From IMG/VR virus record IMGVR_UViG_3300017763_003721: 64,000 nucleotides of DNA. The stretch is one strand, 5' to 3'. Of the stretch, positions 59,430 through 64,000 are shown one piece after another (position 1 is the first letter of the stretch; every line of letters begins with the position of its first letter). The notes beneath the pieces are model-generated. The model ran no database searches, was not told where the DNA came from, and was given only the letters and a program-made list of their open reading frames with translations. This DNA comes from an uncultured virus (IMG/VR IMGVR_UViG_3300017763_003721) (lineage: Duplodnaviria > Heunggongvirae > Uroviricota > Caudoviricetes). A program made the translations under genes and the position numbers.

Positions 59430-59443
59430 TATTTATTTAAATA
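59430..59443. promoter_or_regulatory. Overlapping divergent late-type promoters
   Basis: TATTTATTTAAATA gives TAAATA on both strands between divergent genes. Confidence 0.55.
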
Positions 59444-59447
59444 CAAC

Positions 59448-60038
59448 ATGATACTAGTTGTAGGCAACGGTGAAAGTCGCAAAGATGTAAACATTAATAA
59501 TATACCTATGAAAAAAATTGGGTGTAATGCTATTTATCGAGATTATTATGTGGATCACTTAGTTTGTGTTGATAAAAGAATGTGTCAAGAAGCTATTAAC
59601 GCAGGATTTCAAAAGAATAGTAAAATATACACACGTCATGACTGGGTTGGATATTTTCAAAACAAAAGGAACTTAAGAACTGTTCCAGAACTGCCTTTTA
59701 CAGGTTACGAAAGATGGGACGTACCTTGGCATTGGGGAGCAGGACCATATGCAGTGTTATTAGCTACAAAACATAGTGACGAAATACACTTGTTAGGATT
59801 TGATTTATATAGTAAAGACCAGTTTACTAATAACATATACAAAGACACAGATAACTATAATGTAGCAACAAAACGAGCAGTTGATCCTAGTTACTGGATA
59901 CACCAAATAGGTCGAATATTTAAACACTTTTCAAATAAAGAGTTTATTATTCATCAAGATGAAGATTGGGTAATACCAAAAGAATGGAAAAATAGTAATG
60001 TAACGGTTGACAAATTAGCAAATCTACGCTATAATTAA
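59448..60038 (+). CDS. Conserved phage protein, glycosyltransferase-29/MptE-like fold
   Basis: VVGNGESR, IGCNAIYRD, LLGFD. Confidence 0.5.
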   Translation: MILVVGNGESRKDVNINNIPMKKIGCNAIYRDYYVDHLVCVDKRMCQEAINAGFQKNSKIYTRHDWVGYFQNKRNLRTVPELPFTGYERWDVPWHWGAGPYAVLLATKHSDEIHLLGFDLYSKDQFTNNIYKDTDNYNVATKRAVDPSYWIHQIGRIFKHFSNKEFIIHQDEDWVIPKEWKNSNVTVDKLANLRYN

Positions 60039-60062
60039 TAATACAATTAAAAGGTAATCTAT

Positions 60063-60542
60063 ATGGCATATTATTCAACTAAAACATACGGACACAACAT
60101 CGGACTATCAGCGGTGTTCCGTCAACCACATGCAGATCATTCACACTGTAGATTCTTGCATGGATATAGTTTGCAATTTAAATTTACATTTGGAGCAAGC
60201 GAATTAGATCATCGCAACTGGGCTGTTGACTTTGGCGGGCTAAAGCCTTTGAAAAAATGGTTAGAAGATACATTTGATCATCAAACAGTGATTGATGTGA
60301 ACGATCCTATGAAGGACGATTTGTTATTACTTGAAACAAAAGGACTAGCACAGATTACACAGCTTGATGGCGTAGGTGCAGAGAAGTTTGCTGAACATGC
60401 ATGGGCATTTGCAGACAAACTTATACGTGAAGGAACTGATAACCGTTGTTGGTGCGAGTCAGTTGAGTGTTCTGAACATGGTGCTAATAGTGCTATCTAT
60501 ACACCATACGAAGTTCAGAAGTTAAAATTTACAGATGGCTAA
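60063..60542 (+). CDS. queD: 6-carboxy-5,6,7,8-tetrahydropterin synthase (QueD/PTPS)
   Basis: HCRFLHGY, VDFGGLK, FDH; promoter TTGACA-N17-TATAAT at 60007. Confidence 0.85.
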   Translation: MAYYSTKTYGHNIGLSAVFRQPHADHSHCRFLHGYSLQFKFTFGASELDHRNWAVDFGGLKPLKKWLEDTFDHQTVIDVNDPMKDDLLLLETKGLAQITQLDGVGAEKFAEHAWAFADKLIREGTDNRCWCESVECSEHGANSAIYTPYEVQKLKFTDG

Positions 60543-61380
60543 AAAATATATTCCAGGCGAAACCAAAGCACAACGGAAGGCGAGGAAAAATGCTAGCAAG
60601 GGTATAACTCCAAGTGCCAACGCACCTCAGTCCGAAGCTCGAAAGCCTGAAATATATAATGAACCAGATCCTAATAAAAAATACTATGTAGTTTGTTTAA
60701 AATGGGGAGACAAATACGGCCCTGAATATGTAAACAAACTATATCATATGGTTCAGCGTAATTTAACTATCAATCATGAATTTATTTGCTTTACTGAACA
60801 ACCAGCTAATCTAGTTCCAGGTATTCGAGTAATAGATTTAGAACTAATGCCTGGAATAGAAGGATGGTGGTACAAGCCCATGTTCTTTAATCCTAATTTA
60901 GGATTAGACGGTGTTGTATTGTTTCTCGATCTTGATATGATAATTTTTAAAAACATTAATAAACTATTTTCATACAAGCCAAACGAATTTATAATCATAC
61001 AAGACTTTAATAGGCATGTTGTACGCAATTATGATAAATTTAATTCTAGTATTTTTAGACTAAACACTGGACAACATGCTCAAGTCTATCATGATTATAT
61101 GGCAGATAAAAATAATATCAGTAGAAGGTTCCAAGGAGATCAAGATTGGATACGGCATTCAATAAAAGATGAATATAATTATTGGCCTGTAGATTGGATA
61201 CAAAGTTATAAATGGGAAATGAGAGGAAAGCCTCAAATGACTGGAGGTCCAAGAGGTACTAGGGATTTTGTAACTAAAGGAGAACCTGCTCTCCTAGATG
61301 AAACATCTATTGCTGTCTTTCACGGAGATCCTAATCCACATTATTGTAAAGACGACTGGGTTCAAAGAAACTGGAAATAG
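60535..61380 (+). CDS. Glycosyltransferase (GT-A, GT8-like)
   Basis: CLKWGDKY, WWYK, FLDLD, NSS, GDQDWI, FHGDPNP. Confidence 0.75.
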   Translation: MAKKYIPGETKAQRKARKNASKGITPSANAPQSEARKPEIYNEPDPNKKYYVVCLKWGDKYGPEYVNKLYHMVQRNLTINHEFICFTEQPANLVPGIRVIDLELMPGIEGWWYKPMFFNPNLGLDGVVLFLDLDMIIFKNINKLFSYKPNEFIIIQDFNRHVVRNYDKFNSSIFRLNTGQHAQVYHDYMADKNNISRRFQGDQDWIRHSIKDEYNYWPVDWIQSYKWEMRGKPQMTGGPRGTRDFVTKGEPALLDETSIAVFHGDPNPHYCKDDWVQRNWK

Positions 61381-61383
61381 TGG

Positions 61384-61412
61384 TTGACAACGATAAATAG
61401 GTGTGTTATAGT
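61384..61412 (+). promoter_or_regulatory. Sigma70-type promoter of the leader/tRNA operon
   Basis: TTGACA-N17-TATAGT with TG extended -10. Confidence 0.8.
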
Positions 61413-61437
61413 AAATACACAATAAGGAATTAGAGTA

Positions 61438-61503
61438 ATGAAGAACACAAGACAAATAATATCTAATATATGGTGCCCACCTTTTGGGAGGGGTTTGTTT
61501 TGA
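61438..61503 (+). CDS. Putative attenuator leader peptide MKNTRQIISNIWCPPFGRGLF
   Basis: TAAGGA SD; contains ATA-TGG-TGC-CCA matching the downstream tRNAs; overlaps the antiterminator arm. Confidence 0.8.
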   Translation: MKNTRQIISNIWCPPFGRGLF

Positions 61504-61562
61504 TGTGATTTATTTACATTAAGTTTTAAACAAGCCCCAAGCGAAAGCAAGGGGCTTTTTTT
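61490..61562 (+). terminator. Conditional terminator (61532-61562) with competing antiterminator (61490-61538)
   Basis: AAGCCCC...GCGAAAGC...GGGGCTTTTTTT; GGGGTTTGTTT pairs with AAACAAGCCCC. Confidence 0.8.
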
Positions 61563-61564
61563 AT

Positions 61565-61638
61565 GGGTGTGAAGTGTTACGGTAGCACGGCGGTCTCCAA
61601 AACCGTAAGCTGGGGTTCGACTCCCTACACGCCCGCCA
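61565..61638 (+). tRNA. trnW: tRNA-Trp (CCA)
   Basis: Acceptor GGGTGTG/CACGCCC, G73, CT-CCA-AA loop, encoded CCA. Confidence 0.93.
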
Positions 61639-61715
61639 CGGAGCATAGCACAGCTTGGTAGTGCGCCTGGTTTGGGACCAGGAGGTCGTAGGTTCGAATC
61701 CTACTGCTCCGACCA
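61639..61715 (+). tRNA. trnP: tRNA-Pro (TGG)
   Basis: C1-G72 acceptor CGGAGCA/TGCTCCG, TT-TGG-GA loop, encoded CCA. Confidence 0.95.
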
Positions 61716-61722
61716 ATTTTAC

Positions 61723-61799
61723 GGGCTCTTAGCTTAGTTGGTTAAAGCTGTCCGCTCATAACGGATCGATCGTTGGTTCGAATCCAACAGGGCCCACCA
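61723..61799 (+). tRNA. trnI2: tRNA with CAT anticodon, most likely Ile2 (lysidine, reads AUA)
   Basis: GGGCTCT/AGGGCCC acceptor and CCGCTCATAACGG arm resemble bacterial Ile2; lacks the initiator C1:A72 mismatch and 3 G-C anticodon pairs. Confidence 0.8.
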
Positions 61800-61800
61800 G

Positions 61801-61874
61801 GAGGGTATGGCAGAATGGCTATGCATCGGATTGCAAATCCGCTTATCTCGGTTCGACTCCGGGTACCCTCTCCA
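61801..61874 (+). tRNA. trnC: tRNA-Cys (GCA)
   Basis: GAGGGTA/TACCCTC acceptor, U73, TT-GCA-AA loop, encoded CCA. Confidence 0.95.
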
Positions 61875-61938
61875 AGTTATTAGTTGACATATGAAACAAT
61901 AGATAGTATAATTATATGTAAGCTATGAGAGGATTCTG

Positions 61939-62556
61939 ATGTCAGAAGAATTAAAAATAACTGAAGTTACAGCTTTCCCTACATTGTTTTTAGGATTTGA
62001 TTTAAGAGAATTGTATGACAAAGACAAAGTAGTAGAAGGAGTAGACAAACTAATTACTCCTCATGGCTTAATAGAGAGCAAAAATGAAGGAGACGGTAGC
62101 ACATGGGGCTCTTCAAGTTATTTGGAAGAACATCCTGAACTGACGAATCTTATGCAGAGATGTGTGGATGCATATGTAGAGAAGTTGAAGTTAGAACCTC
62201 TTGGAATTTGGAATAGCTGGATTAACAAAGGAAGTCATGGTAGCAAAACAAATCCTCATCGGCATGAAGGCAGTGTAATCAGCGGTGCATTTTATCCTAA
62301 AATAGTAGGAGATAATCGAAATAGTCCACCTTTACAGCTTCATAGTCCACTAAAGCCTTATCATATGTCTACAATTTTTGTAGAACAAAACGAATATAAT
62401 TCATATGTACAAGAAGTACCTGCATGGGAAGGCATGCTATGGTTATTTCCTAGTTGGTGTGAACATAGTACAGCAATAAATTACACCGAAGCGAGATACT
62501 GTATTAGTTTTAATACCTATCCAAGAAAATTTGAATCGTTAAAAAAAGTTGACTAA
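61939..62556 (+). CDS. 2OG-Fe(II) oxygenase (TIGR02466-like)
   Basis: HRH...SGAFY...LFPSWCEH...R..ISFN; promoter at 61884. Confidence 0.8.
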   Translation: MSEELKITEVTAFPTLFLGFDLRELYDKDKVVEGVDKLITPHGLIESKNEGDGSTWGSSSYLEEHPELTNLMQRCVDAYVEKLKLEPLGIWNSWINKGSHGSKTNPHRHEGSVISGAFYPKIVGDNRNSPPLQLHSPLKPYHMSTIFVEQNEYNSYVQEVPAWEGMLWLFPSWCEHSTAINYTEARYCISFNTYPRKFESLKKVD

Positions 62557-62619
62557 TTTGAAAAAACGTGTTATACTATATAAACAATGGTAAAAGCAAC
62601 TACAACATGCGGAGATTAT

Positions 62620-63696
62620 ATGAATGCTACAAAACGCATAGGTTTTGCATGCAAGTACATGCATCCAGATCAAACACAGAAGAAGAAACTGCTAGAAGAA
62701 ATTCAGCGTCCGCTAAATACTCGTAGCACTACTGTTCAATGGTTGAATAGACAAACTGTAGATGTTGCTGAAGAACGCTTGTGGGATATTATGGTCCACA
62801 ATATTGCGTCATATGGAAGGCTAATTGAATATGTGGGATCTCTTACTCCAGAACTTAGAATGGTCCGATTGGGTAGCGATGTACTTCCTGTTTATACCCA
62901 GCCTGACTGGTCTTATTTTTGGCGCAAGCCTGATGTGGTGGCGTACTGTGAAAAACACTTCGCAGAAGTTGGTAGACGAGCAAGAGAGCTCGATGTTAGA
63001 CTCAGCATGCACCCAGGCCAATTTACAGTCCTTGCTTCAGATAGTGAAGAAATAGTTGAACGTAGTATAGAGGAGTTTGAATATCATGTGGATTGTATCA
63101 GATGGATGGGCTACGGCCAACAATTCCAAGACTTTAAGTGCAACGTACACATCTCAGGTCGCCAAGGTCCAGCCGGTATCAAAGCCGCCCTCAAGCGACT
63201 CTCGCAAGAGGCGAGAAACTGCATCACAATCGAAAATGACGAAAACAAATGGGGCATCGAACACAGCCTCGAACTTGCAGACGACCTCGCACTTGTACTT
63301 GACATACACCACCACTGGTGTCGTGAAGGAGAATACATCAGCCCAACCGACAATAGATTTGCTCGCGTAATAGATAGTTGGCGTGGTGTGCGTCCTGTAA
63401 TACATTACAGCTACAGTAGAAACGAGCATTTGCCCGAAGGCTATGCACACGATACAATGCCTAGTATGAGTAGGCTACTAGAAGCAGGACACAAGAAAGC
63501 TAAACTTAGAGCTCATAGTGATTACTATCCTAATCGTCTTGTAAATGATTATGCACTATCATTCTTAGACTATGCAGATATTATGTGCGAGAGCAAGTGT
63601 AAAAATCTTGCTAGTATCGAGCTACATAAATACTACACAGGAGAACAGTATGACATACTTGAACAAGATGTACGGTCGTTCAGCGCCGTCGCCTAA
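62620..63696 (+). CDS. uvsE: UV-damage endonuclease UvsE/UvdE
   Basis: RIGFACK, RLGSD, RLSMHPGQF, IENDE, LDIHHH, H.SYS, RAHSD, DIMCESK. Confidence 0.9.
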   Translation: MNATKRIGFACKYMHPDQTQKKKLLEEIQRPLNTRSTTVQWLNRQTVDVAEERLWDIMVHNIASYGRLIEYVGSLTPELRMVRLGSDVLPVYTQPDWSYFWRKPDVVAYCEKHFAEVGRRARELDVRLSMHPGQFTVLASDSEEIVERSIEEFEYHVDCIRWMGYGQQFQDFKCNVHISGRQGPAGIKAALKRLSQEARNCITIENDENKWGIEHSLELADDLALVLDIHHHWCREGEYISPTDNRFARVIDSWRGVRPVIHYSYSRNEHLPEGYAHDTMPSMSRLLEAGHKKAKLRAHSDYYPNRLVNDYALSFLDYADIMCESKCKNLASIELHKYYTGEQYDILEQDVRSFSAVA

Positions 63697-63931
63697 AGAA
63701 TCAAACAAAAATCCAAACAGAGTTGCAGGCGGTATTAGAGGTCAAGGGGCTGACACTATCGCAATGTTAGGCGAAGATGGAGTTGAAAGAATTTTGCCTA
63801 CACAAAAGTATGTCCAGGCGTTAGAAGAGCAAATTCGAAAGCAGCAGGCTGCTATTAATGTTCTCGAACGTAAGTTGAATAGGATTTCAACTGCTCAAGA
63901 TCAGCTGGCTACTAGAATTACTTCTTCTTAG
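63650..63931 (+). CDS. Coiled-coil hypothetical protein
   Basis: ATAAATA and AGGAG inside the 3' end of uvsE. Confidence 0.55.
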   Translation: MTYLNKMYGRSAPSPKESNKNPNRVAGGIRGQGADTIAMLGEDGVERILPTQKYVQALEEQIRKQQAAINVLERKLNRISTAQDQLATRITSS

Positions 63932-64000
63932 AATGTAAATCCTTAAATTCTTTAATCATATTGACTTTTGTTTTGCGTCTATCAAGTTCTACACCATGTG
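63918..64000 (-). CDS. 3' end of a minus-strand gene (...HGVELDRRKTKVNMIKEFKDLHSKKK*)
   Basis: Open frame runs off the window end. Confidence 0.45.
   Translation of the reverse strand, partial: HGVELDRRKTKVNMIKEFKDLHSKKK

Noticed and set aside
61362..61646. 94-aa minus-strand ORF
   Set aside because: Antisense to the attenuator and tRNA-Trp; the plus-strand elements explain the sequence.
63100..63360. Locally higher GC inside uvsE with several alternative-frame ORFs (similar patches in nrdA)
   Set aside because: It coincides with conserved catalytic regions; I cannot distinguish recombination patches from amino-acid composition by eye, and the alternative ORFs lack RBS or recognisable motifs.
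1..64000. Stop-codon reassignment, as in some large phages
   Set aside because: Known genes are full length in the standard code, all three stops are used at gene ends, and no suppressor tRNA is present.

Overview
This window is part of a large, AT-rich T4-like (Caudoviricetes) dsDNA phage genome. The host is most likely a marine alphaproteobacterium, judged from the permuted two-piece tmRNA with an ANDN...LAA tag, a ROSE-like thermometer, hemO plus a pcyX-like gene, and pseudoazurin. Genes are densely packed, mostly on the + strand, and read correctly in the standard code. The window contains putative head-associated proteins (1-6 kb); nrdA/nrdB/glutaredoxin; many host-like metabolic genes (NfuA, IscU, cytochrome c, pseudoazurin, MlaC, ACP, GuaC, Hsp20, ClpS, heme oxygenase, bilin reductase, QueD, bS21); DNA ligase, repair and modification genes; a minus-strand tail-fibre/tryptophan-halogenase block; five tRNAs and a tmRNA. 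The most striking observation is at 61.38-61.87 kb. A sigma70-type promoter drives a 21-codon leader ORF whose consecutive codons ATA-TGG-TGC-CCA match the four tRNAs immediately downstream (Ile2-type CAT, Trp CCA, Cys GCA, Pro TGG). Mutually exclusive antiterminator and terminator hairpins lie between the leader and the array. This looks like a ribosome-mediated attenuator that switches on phage tRNAs when those same tRNAs are depleted. Other points of note are a probable -1 frameshift at 5670-5679, a shared N-terminal capsid-targeting-like motif, leaderless genes behind TAAATA late-type promoters, and a nitrilase-family gene inserted between hemO and pcyX. All protein family calls come from motif recognition by eye; no database searches were run.
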